A stretch of DNA of 64,000 nt from Chiloscyllium plagiosum (taxonomy: Eukaryota), in the NCBI RefSeq assembly GCF_004010195.1, contig NC_057742.1, forward strand, positions 27,420,076-27,484,075, written 5' to 3'. A model generated the notes under the pieces. It was not told the origin of the DNA. It saw only the letters and a list, made by a program, of their open reading frames with translations, and made no database searches. Position numbers and translations under genes: made by a program. Shown here piece by piece: positions 25,534 to 38,860 of the stretch (position 1 is the stretch's first letter; each line of letters opens with the position of its first letter).

Positions 25534-27119
25534 CTATCCATTTGACCAACTAGATCTTAGTTAGAAAGGCCTTTTTTCAACGTCTACAACTTTGAGTATC
25601 AAATGTTCATAACTTCATTGCTAAATAGATACAATGACTAATTGAGAATGCTGACATGTTCACGACACTAGACTGCAATACAGTGCTGTTTTTACTTTTT
25701 TAATGTTCTCATTACACTTATTTGGACATCATTGGTTCTTCATGATTGCTCTGTTCCCAATTGAAGCATTTCTCTCTGAGTTCAGTGCACTGCTATGTTT
25801 ATGTCTTGTCAGATTAGAAGTCCCTGTCATGTATTTGTAGTGATTTACTGCTGCAACGATGGCAGGAGCAGCTTGGTGTAAGGTTTTAAGAGTGTGAGAG
25901 GAGAGTGATGGGGAATACTTAGGATTGATTGAAGAATCTGTTGTAGGATCTTAGAAATGCCAGAAATTTGGCCTTTTAGTGTCTTGACCTATCAGAATGA
26001 TTACCTTTTGAAGGTTTCAGGAATCATCATCAATGGTGGGAATTAATTGGCCAGCATCCATTGACATTTATGGATATTATTAAGTTTGAGATCCATTTTC
26101 AGTAATGATAGCATTGATGTTGTATGGAAAAAGGTCACGCAACAGAAGTCCTTGTAGGGTATTGAGCAGTTTTGGGAGGTCAGCTGTATAACGATTTACA
26201 GTCGTGTGTACAATAAGTAAAGGATATAGGTTTTTAATACATGGTCCTGCTCGAATGGGATTTAACATTAATGTTTAGTTGTAGCAACTAATAATCTTGC
26301 TTTACCAGTGGTTTTAATTAAGGCAAATAATTTTCTCAGTCTTGTTTCTATTTGACAATAATTAAGCATTGTTATTTCAATGCAATTTAGGTCAGTATAT
26401 CTTTTTTTCTTTTAATAAATACTCTTGTGGCTTTGCACTGTGCATGCCTGCAGGAAATTCTGACCGAAATCAACTCCAAGTTGTATTGCTCAGTTATGCT
26501 TCCAGTTTCCGTTAAACTTCGATTATAGAATCACAAGCATCAAATCGTCTACAAACCAGTGCAACTGGGAGCATAATAGATTTTTTTCTTCTTTGTTAGA
26601 AGTACCCCTTGATGCATTTGGAATGATAATTGTAACAAACTCAAATAATACAGCTGCAAATTGGGTCATCATCATCTTTAATATTAATACCAAATCTTCT
26701 TTCTGTGAATAACTTGTGATAAGCTTGTAAAGAAAATAATGCTGAACAATGTAATTAATGTTTTGATGAACACAAGTGAATTTCCAGCTTTAATCCTGCA
26801 TCACTAGACGAGAAACATGAGTGGAAGAGGGTTTGCATGTAAGTTGACAACATTTAAATTTGTCCATAGTTTATGTAAGTTCAACCAAGATTGCACTAGA
26901 ACCTGGGCACAATGCTAACAGAAACAAATACTCAAGGTTTGTGTAAAGTTTTCTAGATTGGGTGCCGGTTTGTCGGGATTGTGGGTATGTTTGCCGAGCT
27001 GGGAAGTTGATTTGTAGATGTTCCACCCCCTGTCTAGGTGAAAGCTTCAGTGCTTTGGAGCCTCCTGTGAAGCGCTGCTGTACAGTGCCTTCTGGAATTT
27101 ATTTGGTTTCATTTCTGCT

Positions 27120-27709
27120 AACATGATGGGGAACGTATCAACAAGGAACGCATTCTCAAACTTCTAGACCGGTGCTTGACAACGCACTTCAAATTCAACA
27201 ACCAAATATATGAGTAGATCAATGGAACTCCTATAAGCTCACCCATCTCCAGGCTCATGGTAGAAGCTGTGATGCAAAGGGTGGAACATTCAGCTCTCTC
27301 ATCAATCCAACCCAAACTCTGGATCAGATACGTAGACGACACTTGTGTTATCATTAAGAGACCACAAATTGAGAACACACACTGGATTATCAACAGCTTG
27401 CTCACAGGGATCAGATTTATGAGAGAAGAGGAAAGCAACAATCAACTCCCATTCCTTGATGTGATGGTCGAAACAACACAGAATGGTGAATGCATCACAA
27501 GAGTGTACAGGAAAGCCACACACACTGACCAGGTCCTGAACTACAACAACAAACACACAAGAGAAGCTGCATTAGGACCCTGTTCAAAAGGGCTACAACA
27601 CACTGCAGCATTCCCAATCTATGAAGGGAAGAAGAACACCTCTATAGAGTCTTCGCCAAGAACGGATATCCCCACAGCTCCACCCACAGATGCCGAACAA
27701 ACAATGTGA
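27120..27709 (+). pseudogene. Penelope reverse transcriptase remnant
   Basis: THFKFNNQIYE*INGTPISSPIS...LWIRYVDDTCVII...LPFLDVMV...VYRKATHTDQVLNY; internal stop and frameshift. Confidence 0.9.
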
Positions 27710-27872
27710 CAAGGACATGCCATGACCTGACTCACTAACCTCGCTACCTCACATACAGAATGTTTTGGAACTGACAGCCAGACTTCTCTGACCATTGGGA
27801 TTCATGACAGCCCATAAACCGACAGCCAGGCTTAGACAATAACTCGCCAGAACAAAGGCCCCGATACTCATC

Positions 27873-28217
27873 ATGTGCAAGACTGTGATTTACAGGATTC
27901 CATGCAAAGACTGCACAAAACACTATACAGGGCAAACAGGCAAACACCTAACAATCCGCATCCACGAACACCAACTAGTCACTAAACACCACGACCGGCT
28001 GTCCCTAGTAGTCATACACACAGATGACAGGGACCACAAATTCGACTGGGACAACAAAACAATCATAAGACAAGCTAAACAGAGGACAGGCAGAGACGTC
28101 CTAGAAGTTTGGCACTCATCCACAGACTCCATCAACAAGCACATTTACCAGGACGCAATATATCAACCACTACAGCAAACAACCAGAACCAGTGCCCGGA
28201 AGCAGCGGGAACGGTAG
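27873..28217 (+). pseudogene. Penelope GIY-YIG endonuclease domain
   Basis: VIYRIPCKDCTKHYTGQTGKHLTIRIHEH...H.FDWD...LEVWH...SIN matches the PLE GIY-YIG pattern with CxxC. Confidence 0.9.
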
Positions 28218-29399
28218 CAAATAAATCCCAGAAGAGAGAGTACAGCAGCGCTTCACAGGAGGCTCCAAAGCACTGAAGATGTCACCGAGACAGGGGACAA
28301 CATGTCTGCAAATCAACTTCCCAGCTCAGCGAACATACCCACAACCACAAAGACCAAATACTGTAGAACCTTCATGAACTCAATGGAACATACCTTGTGT
28401 TATGAATTCCTTTTGCTATATCCATTTTGTACTGTGTGAGCCATCAATCTATGAATATTGTAACACTCAAAGAATACGCAGTTCCAAGGACTTGCTACAT
28501 TTCACTTTTCCAAAATATTAGTTCCATTCAAAACTACCTCAGAACAAGGTGCTGAAAGGTTTTCGGTAGGTTACTTAGAACAGTTCAACAGGTTATTGAA
28601 CACATCAATAGGCAGTTGAACAGAAATATTGAGAGGAGAAATTTGTTACCTTGGGCTGTTAATCAATCAGGTACTTCAGAGCATAGACAAGAGGCTCTAT
28701 CCCAAAAAGATGTTTCTGTAAAAGGTTCCAAGCTTTCAAGACTCAGGAGAGGTCCAGAGAATCAGAAGTGAGTTTAACATTTGGGGTTAGGGCTCAAGAA
28801 AAGTCCTGTTTGTAAAGAATTGTTCAATGCAGCTGAGATTCAGTTGAAGGATATACACAAGCAGTTTTTGCTTTGTTCAGTAGAGCAATATTTCAGCTTA
28901 GAGAAACACATGGGCTGCACCAGCTCAGTAAAGCTAGCTGTCTGTGAAAAGTGGGAATTGAACCTGTGATAAGGCACTAGAGTGCAGTTTCCAAAATCCA
29001 AGAGAGTGCAACTCATTAGGAAGAATAAACAACCCAAATATGAGCAATCATTGAGGCAGTTAATAATGGAAAGGCATTTTAGGGACTTCCCATGCCAGGC
29101 CTTTAACAGTGACCAATTGGAATCCCTTGTTAGATTTTAATGAAACCCACAGTTTCATTAACATTGGAGGGAGGGGGGGCATTCAGTTGCTGAGAGATTG
29201 ATGGGATCTTTCTTGATCATATTTGTTATTTGATGTTAGCAATGTTCAAACACAATGCATCTGCTACCCATATTTATCCCAGTGTAGTTTTAATTTCAAA
29301 TTAGGATATAAATTGGACTCATACTGTAGATTGCTATTTTTCTAACTGTGCATAGTAAACTCTATTATTGTTTGTTCAAAACATTTGTGAATTGCTTGG

Positions 29400-29862
29400 T
29401 TGTTTGAGTATAGGACTTGGGAAGTCATGTTGAGTTTGTACAGGACATTGATGAGACCTTGTCTGGAATACTGAATTCAGTTCAGGTCACCCTATGACAG
29501 GAAGGATATTATTAAGCTGGAGAGGGTTTGGAAGAGATTTAACAGGATGTTACTGGGTATGGAAGGTTTGAGTTATAAGGAGAGGCTGGATAGGCTAGGA
29601 CTTTTCTCAATGGAGCAACGGAGGTTGAGAGGTGACCTGATAGAAGTTTATGAAATAATGAGGGGTATAGATAAAGTTAATAGTAGTTGTCTTTTCCCTC
29701 GGATGCAGGATTTCGAGACTAGGAGGTGCTTTTTTAAAGTGAGAGAAGAGAAACGGGCCAGAAGCAGGCAGGAGGGACTTGTTTATTTTGGGATTATGTT
29801 CAGCATTGCCTGGTTGGACCGAACGGTCTGCTTTTGTGCTATATGATTCTATGACTCCATGA
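29400..29862 (+). mobile_element. CR1 LINE 3' fragment
   Basis: LSYKERLDRLGLFSMEQRRLRGDLIEVYEIMRGIDKV; (atgact)n-like tail. Confidence 0.9.
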
Positions 29863-30394
29863 CTTTCTTAATAAGTACCTGGGACCTACATTTTGTCCAC
29901 TTCAAATGAAAGTTACTGGTTCATAAACAGTTTGTGGTGGCCCCCTCCAGGACGGTAACAGCTATTTGCCATAGTTTAATCATTTCCAATATAAGGAGTG
30001 CAGAAGATCAGCGTTGATCAAACAAATCAAAGCAGCAGGATCAATGGATCAATGAAGGATGACGTCCAACATTCATTGGTCCTGGGCAGCAGTGTAAAAC
30101 AAGAGAAAATGAACACTTTTTTTTTATTTCCAGTTCCATCAAGATTTACTTTGTTCCCATCAACAAGACTGAAAGCTGGACAGAGAAATCATGATACGGG
30201 GTCCCAGGAGGAAAGCTATTAACAATAATCATCACAGTTATTTATTCACATTTAAGACTGTTAGAACATGTTCTTTATTTGAAAGAAAAATTATTTAATT
30301 GAATATTTAATTGCAGTGTTGATTGAAGTTCTGGCTCATGAATAATTATGATGACAACCAAAAGTCTTTGGACATATGGATTCACAATGATTGA

Positions 30395-30720
30395 TTAGAG
30401 AATTGATTAGGACTTATACAGTTAATGGTGGGGCCCTGGGGAGTACCAAACAATGGGACCTGAGGGTGCAAGTGCAAAGTTCCTTGAAAGTAGACTCGCG
30501 GGTAGACAGGTTGGTGAGAAGGTATTTAGCACATTGGCTTTTATTGGTCAGAACACTGAGTAAAGGAGTTGAGACATCATGTTGCAGCTGCACATGACAC
30601 TGGTGAGGCCACTTTTAGAATACTGTGTATAATTCTGGTCGCCCTTCAATCGGAAGGATGCTGTTAAACTCGAGAGGCTGCGGGAAAGATTTTTAAGGAT
30701 GATGCTGCAATTGGAAGCTC
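30395..30720 (+). mobile_element. CR1 LINE internal fragment
   Basis: RTYTVNGGALGS...DLRVQVQSSLKV; ctggtgaggccacttttagaatactgtgt. Confidence 0.85.
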
Positions 30721-31469
30721 AATAGGAACATACAAAGGTAAAATACAGTGGGTTGTTCCCAACATTGAAAAAGACCTTGCCAGACTTCATGCAATTTTCC
30801 CACATTTCTCACCATAGCCCATGGCATTCAGCATCCCATAACATTTTGCTCCATCTGTTTAAGTTGGGAAACAGAGACAATGTACAGCTGTAATAGGCTG
30901 AATGTCTTTTACATCTTTGTGACCTGATTGTAATTTAATAATATCAACTCAACCTAGAACATTTTGAAGGGGCTTTTAATGCCTCATGTCCATCCGTCCA
31001 TCGTTATCAATTTTAAAAAGGTTTTATGGAAGGTATCTTGAAACTGCACTCCTTGTTTAAGGGCACCATTCCAGAGTCAGCAATGAGCCACTGTCTTCCC
31101 AGTCTTTAGTTATCATGTTCACACTTGTTTAATCAGCAGACAATTCTTTCTTTTATATATTTAATTAAACTTGACATGGAAATAAATTTAATCATTGTGA
31201 TTTAGGAATTGAGGACAAGCACCAGGAAAGGGCAGAAACCAATGTCTCTCAGAAAATGCCACTTGAACTTTATAACATATCTGTCAGGAACTGTTAGAGG
31301 GAATTGAATACTCACTTCCACAGGTATTCTCTAATCATTAGAAATCCATATGTCCAAAGACATTTGGTTTTCATCATAGTTATTCATGAGCCAGAACTTC
31401 AATAAACACTGCAATTAAATATTCAATTAAATCATTTTTCTTTCAATTAAAGAACATGTTCTAACAGTG

Positions 31470-31640
31470 CTGGTTTGCCTTCCCAAAGTATTATGCCTCA
31501 CATTTACCCAAACTAAACTCCATCTGCCCCATCTCAGCCCATTGGCCCATCTGATCAAGCTCTCATTTCACTTTGAGATAATCTTCTTCAATATCCGCTA
31601 CACCACCCACTTCATCATCGTCTGCAAACTTACTCATCCT
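31470..31640 (-). mobile_element. Short CR1 RT fragment
   Basis: catcgtctgcaaactt is the reverse complement of KFADD; aactccatctgccccatctcagcccat encodes WA..QMEF. Confidence 0.75.
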
Positions 31641-32311
31641 AATAACTGGATATTTACATGCAAAGTCCATTTCTTGGTTACCCTTTAATAGGGAGATGCT
31701 GACTATACTTATAATGGAGTGAGGAGAGGTGAAGAAAAAGATCAGAGATCCTCCAGAACAAGCCTTGTGCTTTCAGGTTCCCCATTTAAGCAGCACTGGT
31801 GGCAGCCTCACATTCCTGTCTTGGGGGATGGTGCGATTTAAAACAGACCAACAGCCAAATGTGGTCATTAAGGATGGTAATATAAAATGTTAAATTTAGG
31901 AGGAAAATCTTTAATAAGTTCATTGCCTTTGAGTCCTTTGAAGTTGAAGTTGTAGATTGTCCAATTGGGAGTTAAGCTACTTCAGTAAATAAATAAACTC
32001 AAGCTTTGTATTAATCATTTGCATCTGTGGGTACAGCATTTATCCATTAAACTGATGCTGTTAGAACAGAAGTGAAGAATGATCAGTCATTAGCTTGATG
32101 TTTTTGAGTGTAAAAGATTAAACAAATTTGAAATGAAGGATGTGGTGTAATAAATCCCTCCGTTAATGGCTTGGATATCCTATCCACGAGTGCTAATAAG
32201 TTAGCACTGCCGGACTATAAATTAGACTACCTTTTGCTGTAACTTTTTTCCATTTTTTTCCTTTACTGTGTTCTGATTGCAGTTTATGGCCAGAAAATCC
32301 ATAGAGTGCCA

Positions 32312-32775
32312 GATTTTATTTATTCTCTTGTGGGACATGGACATTGCTGGCTGGCCAGCATTTATTGCCCATCCCTAGTTTCTCTTGAGAAAGCTGTCCT
32401 CTTGAATCGTTGCAGTGCATGTGCTGTAGGTTGACCCACAATGCCGTTAGAGAGGGATGTCCAGGATTTCAATCTAACTGGGATAGTGATATGATTCCAA
32501 GTCAGGATGGAGAGAGGTTTGAAGGGAAACATGGCATCCGCATGTGTCTTCTGTCCTTATCCTTCTATGTGGAAGTGGTCATGGGCTTGGAAGGTGCTGT
32601 CTGAGGATCTTTGGTGAATTTCTACAGTCCATCTTGTAGATAGTACACACCATCATGACTGAGTGTCGGTGATGGAGGGAGAGGATGTTTCTGCATGTGT
32701 TGCCAATCAAGTGAGCCACTTAGTCCTGGACAGTATCAAGCTACTTGAGTGTTGTTGGAGGTGCACCCATCCAGA
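32312..32775 (-). mobile_element. LINE family B 3' end
   Basis: ggctggccagcatttattgcccatccctagtttctcttgagaa...; collinear with 16575-17030. Confidence 0.85.
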
Positions 32776-33329
32776 CAACATTGAAGAAATATTTGGTTGA
32801 CTCAGAAATAAACTTGATGTTTTCCATTGCAGTTTAGACTCAGATTTATATAAATTACAGCACAATATAATTAGTCCATTTGGTCCATCATATCTGTGCT
32901 GACTCTGTTTAATTTCCCTACCCTTGTCTCTATTTGACTAACTACTATCATTTCTTTATCAATGATCCATTCTGTTTATGGATCTGCTCCTAAGATTTGT
33001 TTTTGGTCTTCCATATCATAACAACTATCAGAAGTTTTTGTTTTTTCCTTACTTTTGCCAGGGTTAAGCATTTAATCAAGGCAAATGACTTTGCAATTCA
33101 TGACCTGCTGGAGCCTTGCTGATGGGGTTGGGAAACAAATAAGTTTTAGGTGCCTTATTCATCTGCTCAGTTCTACTGTGTGACCCATGCTGTTACTGTC
33201 TTCTCCGTGCTGTTGGCTGCCTCAGTGCACAATAGAGAATGAGCTGCATTGTTCAGATAACACATGGGGCAGCCATTCTGTTCTTCCAAAAGGCAAATTC
33301 TCCCACTTAAAGCTACACTTAATAATATT

Positions 33330-33720
33330 GGTGGAATTAAATGGTGAAAAATTGAACTCCAGGACAGAGAGAAAGTTTCATGGCCATAGATGGATCACTG
33401 ATGACAGTATTGGTTATGATGCTGGGTGGAAGGAGACTACCAAAGACCAACCTTATGAGGAATGGGAGCAAGTGGCCTGGGAGGTCAATTCTTGATTTAT
33501 GGGCCTGAGGATCCAGCTACAGTGCCTGAGGAAGTCTAATGACCTCATTTATGTAGTCATGGTCAGTGACCATATTGTGTGCTATCTCTAACCATGATAT
33601 TGCCTCATTTTAAATCTCTGTACACCACATCAACATCACTCACTCATCACTCACTCCCTGACACTACTGGTTAATATTCACAAATTGCACCTCACACCCA
33701 CACACTTACCAAAGGAGCAG
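33330..33720 (+). mobile_element. Second Harbinger-type Myb/SANT relic
   Basis: EWEQVAWEVNS*FMGLRIQLQCLRKSNDL fits WxxVAxxVN...RTxxQCxKKxNDL, followed by a gtcagt donor-like site. Confidence 0.55.
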
Positions 33721-34489
33721 CCTAATACTCACTTCCTGTTGTCTCCATACCATCATTTAAGTGTCACATTGCAGGGCACAGGTCACCATGATCTTCCAAA
33801 TGTTCCAGTCATAGAAACAGTGAAGGACCTCATCATTGTAATATAAGCCATTCTTTAATGTTGTCTCATGCTTCCTTCACCATCAGCCTATTCCTCTTCC
33901 ATGAATCTTTTCATTGGTAACTAAGCAATCTAACCCTTTCACACAGACAGCTTATTAGAATAACTCTATTTAACTTCTTTCAATCTCTCATATTCTACTT
34001 GCTTTATTTTGTACCTCTTCATTAGTAGTTTTCTTCAGCCAATTTATCTTTAAGATCCTCCTGAAGAACTGTGTTTCAATGATGTTGGTGTTCACTTTTC
34101 CCTCTACAAAGCTCCAAACTTCATGTTCATAATTCATTATTTACTTGACAGATTCTTAGTTCAACACTCAAACAAACATTTCTTTGAATTTCGCTTAATT
34201 TTATAAAAGCGCTTTTGGCATACCCAATCCTTTTATCAGATTTCAGTGCTGTGTTGACGTTGGATGTTGTTATGTTTCCAAGGTAGTTGAATTGATTGCT
34301 GAGCTCGAGCTTGCTTCCAGTTCCAGCTATACTTCATACTGGAATGTCCTTTGCCTTTGTCATCACTATAGTGTATATGTTCTTTCAGCTCACTGTAATT
34401 CCACATCTACCACTTTCCTTTCTGACTGTACAGGTTAATTTTGCAAATCTTCTTAATTTGCTCCTGTTGGCACAGTGACTTTTTTTTTC

Positions 34490-35602
34490 CCCATTTTCCT
34501 TATTTGTTCACAGAGTGCAGGCATCGCTTGCTAGTCTAGTATTCATCATCCATCTCTAGTTGCCCTTGAGAATGTAATGGTGAGCTACCTTCTTGAACTG
34601 CTACGGTCCTGAAGGTGGAAGTATGCCCACAGTGCTGTTCAGGTGGAAATTCTAGAATTTTTGCCCAATGAAAGTGACAACAATATGCAGAGGAACCTCA
34701 ATTATCCGCATTCAATTATCCAAATATTGGATTATCCAGCAAGTTTGCAAGGTCCTGATGTTTGGTTAAACTATGTTATCCGGCATTCGAGTTTCTGGAA
34801 TTCGATTAACTGAATGAAATACTCCCCACACGTGTCCTTCGGATAATCGAGGTTCCTCTGTAGTTCCAAGTTGGGATGGCCTGTGACTGGAGGAGAAATG
34901 CAGATGGTGGTTCTTCTAGACATCTACAGCCCTGTAGATGTACCATTCTTTTAGATGGTAGAGGCAAAGTGTTTGGAAGGCGCTATCAAAGAAGCTTTGG
35001 TAAGTTACTGCCATGTTTCTTGTAGACGATATACGCTGCTGCCACTGTGCATCGGTAGTGAAGAGAATGAATGTGAAAGGTGATGAATAAGATGCCAATC
35101 AAGTGGGTTGCTTTATCCTGGATAGTATAAAGCTTCTTGAGTGTTGCTGGAGCTGCACTCATCCTGGCAAGTAGATTCTACCATGCTCATGAATTGTGTC
35201 ATGTAAGTGATGCACTGGCTGTGGGGAGACAGAAGGTGAGTTCCACACTGTAACTAACCTCTGTCCTGCTCTCATAGGAACTGTATTTACATGCTGGTCC
35301 AATTCTATTTCTGATCAATGGTAGAACCCAGGACATTGATAGTTGAGGATTGAGTGGTGCTAATGCCAATGGGTGATGGTTTGATTTCCTTTTGTTTGAG
35401 ATGGTCATTGCATGGCACTCATGTTATTTGCCACTTCTCAGCTCAAACCTGAATATTGTCCAGATCTCACCGAATATGGACACAAGTTGATCACTATTTC
35501 AGGAGTAATAAAATGGTTCTATAGATTGTGCAGTCAGCAAGAAACATCCCCATCTCTGACCTCATGACGGAGGGAGGGTCATTGATGAAACAGCTGAAGA
35601 TT
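34490..35602 (-). mobile_element. LINE family B 3' fragment interrupted by a MITE
   Basis: Collinear with 16575-17470; ends at the G-rich tract 35603-35637. Confidence 0.85.
34688..34860. mobile_element. 173-bp pogo/Tigger-like MITE
   Basis: TIRs cagaggaacctcaattatccg / cggataatcgaggttcctctg (20/21 match); flanks tg and ta (decayed TA TSD); the host LINE is continuous across it. Confidence 0.9.
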
Positions 35603-36849
35603 GGGGGTGGGGTGGGGTGGGGGGGTGGGGGTGGGGTCCTTCCTCCTGCCTTTATACCTTACACCTCCTTCAGTTCTGTCTACATATTCTCAGCTCCTGA
35701 GCTCTGGCAGCACCATCACAATGAAGATGCTAAAGAGTCAGTGACATTGTTACTGAGTGCATTGTTCAGCATGGGAGAGAGTGTCCAGTCACCATCAAGA
35801 GGAGTCTGAGTTGTTAGAGGACAGGGTGTAGAACCTCCATAATCTTCCACTGATACTCTATTTTCACTGTCATGCTGTGAACCCCGTGACATTGCACCCC
35901 AGCAGCTTCTATATGAATAGGTGACCTACCCCTGAAACCTCCCAGTAAGGATACAGAAACACTCTCCAGCAAATTCAAAACTCATCATCTCCAAAATCAC
36001 TCTGGAGAGTCTTCAGACCATTGTCAATGTTAGGAGTTCTTAAAAACTACATTCGTTGAAATGAAATGTTTTCCATTTAAGCAATGCAAGGACAGGATCC
36101 ATCTTACAGTTTCACACTTGAAGCTCACCCAGCAATTGATGAACTCGATAGCTGGCATCATGATGCCCCATCACTCGGGGTTGTTTTCCACTCAACATGA
36201 GATAGAGAAGGTGGGCAATGGCACACTGAGTCCTAACATAATGGATACTCTAGGCCTCCTGATACAATGAATATCACATCCCCTTTATCCCTTTCACAAT
36301 GGCCTTCAATTAGTGCTGTTTATTTACCAACTCAACAACCAGAGGAAACAGCTGGTGAGAGAAGTTGAGAATTGGCCAAGATGGCAGCTTGGTCTGATGT
36401 CGCGAAAGGAGGAACAGTTGGTATAACAGAATTTTGCTTCATTAGCATTGTTTGAACCTCGGACTCAGCAATTTTTTTGTGCTCCTACTGCAGATCAATT
36501 TAAGGAAAGTGCGCTGATTATATGTATCAGTAGTCATTGGCTTTCCATGTTTTTTCCTGTTTTAGATCCTTATTTTCATGGTTCACTGATCAACTGCTTC
36601 ATTCCAAGTAAAAGAATGAAGACTTAAATGTAGAGCAACATAGACCAAATTCTATTCATTCTCAGGATAGGGACAGCACAGGGCAATACTGACATTTATA
36701 GTACATTTTTTTACCCTTGGGAAGTTGGTCGTAAGACAATCTTCTTTCCCGTTTGTAATTGGTATAGCCATGTCATGTGGAATATATAACATGCACTTCA
36801 ATGGTTGTGTACAAATGTCCAGCTTTTCAATGAATCATTTGAATTGCTT

Positions 36850-37064
36850 TCTAATCCATTAGCTCACTCTTAAATGTTAGGTCAATGTGAACTCTAATCC
36901 ATTAGATCACTCTTAAATGTTAGGTCAATGTGAATTCTAATCCATTAGCTCATTCTTAAATGTAAGGTCAGTGTGAATTCTAATCCATTAGCTCATTCTT
37001 AAATGTTAGGTCAGTGTGAATTCTAATCCATTAGCTCACTCTTAAATGTATGGTCAGTGTGAGC
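36850..37064. repeat. 43-bp tandem repeat, 5 copies
   Basis: Unit tctaatccattagctcactcttaaatgttaggtcaatgtgaa(c/t) starts at 36850, 36893, 36936, 36979 and 37022. Confidence 0.95.
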
Positions 37065-38634
37065 TCTCTCTATGCATAATTGGTCCTTCATTCTACTGTG
37101 TTTGTGGGATTTCCTTGCAGATATTGTACTGTTTTATGTTCTATGTAGGTTAGTCTGATCTTAGAGTAGGAAAAAAGGTCGGCATGAGTTGAAGAGTCTG
37201 TGTTGTGCTGTGCGGTTCTATGTTCTATATTCTATATTGGTTCCACATTTATGTATTTGGTAGGGTCGGTATGGGCTGAATGGCCTACTTCTACACTGTA
37301 AGGATTTTATGATTGTTACTTGCCAATTACCAGCCTAAGCCTGGATATTCAACAGAACAGATATCAGGGTTCCTTTTCAAAGGATTCTACCTTCATAAGG
37401 CAAGGCCGGCAGTAATGCATGGTGTTGTAATTCCAGGCTATACAAAACCAAAGCCTGAAACAGAGGTTCAAAACACAAACTTCTGATTCAGGGGAAGGAA
37501 TGCTACCAACTAAACCAAACTGACATTTTTCATTCCAGTTCCATAATGTAACTTGAAAATAAAACTAAGCATTGAGGGTATCACTCATTTGAAAGTATTC
37601 AAAAATATCACATTCAAGAAAATGAAACCAGTAAACAGTTTTTTGAAAAATGTGGTTTCAATCTGCTGTGTTCTGCTGTTAAACAGTTGCATCTTGAAAT
37701 GTACAGAAAGTAGGGGGTGTTCTGCAATGGCTTAATGAGCATCAGACACAATAATATTCACATTTTGCGTGAAAATGTTAAATTTTATTAAAACATTGGG
37801 GGATGGGGATGGGGATGGGAGGAGGTAAACGTTTCACTCCGTGATCATTGTATGAATTGAATACCATTACATAGACTGACTGATTTACCTTTACATTGGA
37901 TTGAGTGGAAGGGATAGTTGGGCAAGAAATATAAGAAGTTCACTACCACATAGTTTGCAACCAAAGGATCTGCATTTGACCTTCATCATTTCCAGCATTT
38001 TTCTATTTTTATTTATATGTAGCAGTTTCAGCGCATCACACCTCACCCCCCTCATGAGGGAGATTTTAGGGTTTTTACACTTCATAAGGTTTTCATCACA
38101 CACATCCCAGACCCTTTGACCTCCCTTGTTAATAACTTCTTAGTTTAACAAAAACCTATTTAACAATAACAAATGGAAAGGGAATTAATTGCACATTTTA
38201 CCCTACATGTTGCAGTCTCTCAGATTTTACAAATTGTGTGCTTATGTTAAAATTTTCCACGGGGAATATGCTTTGGCAGGAATGAACTTTAAATTGCTGC
38301 TTAAAAAAATATTGTGGATTAAATGAAAACAGAAGAAAGGTCAATCCTGAACCAATGTGAACAATTGAGTTTCTGAGATAATGAGATCTCTTAGATCTAA
38401 TTTAATGGAGGACGTCTGACATTTGTATCATTTTGCTGAATAATATCTATGGACTTTTGATAAAATATTCTTGCACGAACCTATATTTTCTTCCTCATTT
38501 CATTGGTCTTCACCCAAGTAGAAAATAAAACTTCACTTGCTCCATTTCCAAGAAAATGGCTAATGCTTGGGATCTAGATTAACTATATGTCCTGAAGAGC
38601 AACATCAATCTCAGAATGCTGCAATGTTAACAGT

Positions 38635-38860
38635 GGGCCAAAATGAGGACTGCAGATGCTGGAGATCAGAGTCGAGAGTGTGGTGCTGGAAAAGCACAGC
38701 AGGTCAGGCAGTATCCGAGGAGCAGGAGAATCGACATTTTGGGCAAAAGGCCTTTATTAGGAAAAGCCATTCCTGATGAAGGGCATTTGCCTGAATCATC
38801 AATTCTCCTGCTTCTTGGATGTTGCCTGACCTGCTGTGCTTTTCCAGCACCACACTCTCG
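38635..38860. mobile_element. PLE-derived family 1 inverted dimer with hammerhead-like cores
   Basis: Arms meet at ...tttattaggaa aagcca ttcCTGATGAagggc...; flanked by gcaatgttaacagt / gcaatgggaacagt (12/14 direct repeat). Confidence 0.85.

Larger units (their letters stand above)
26933..28354 (+). mobile_element. Penelope-like element, 5'-truncated, with inverted terminal repeats (pLTR)
   Basis: RT and GIY-YIG coding remnants; about 26975-27105 is the reverse complement of about 28218-28350; flanking direct repeat caaatact at 26925-26932 and 28355-28362. Confidence 0.93.

Noticed and set aside
35603-35637. G-quadruplex-capable tract
   Set aside because: Simple (ggggt)n run at a LINE truncation point with no sign of function.
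36850-37064. CRISPR-like array
   Set aside because: Units are head-to-tail with no unique spacers, in a vertebrate context.
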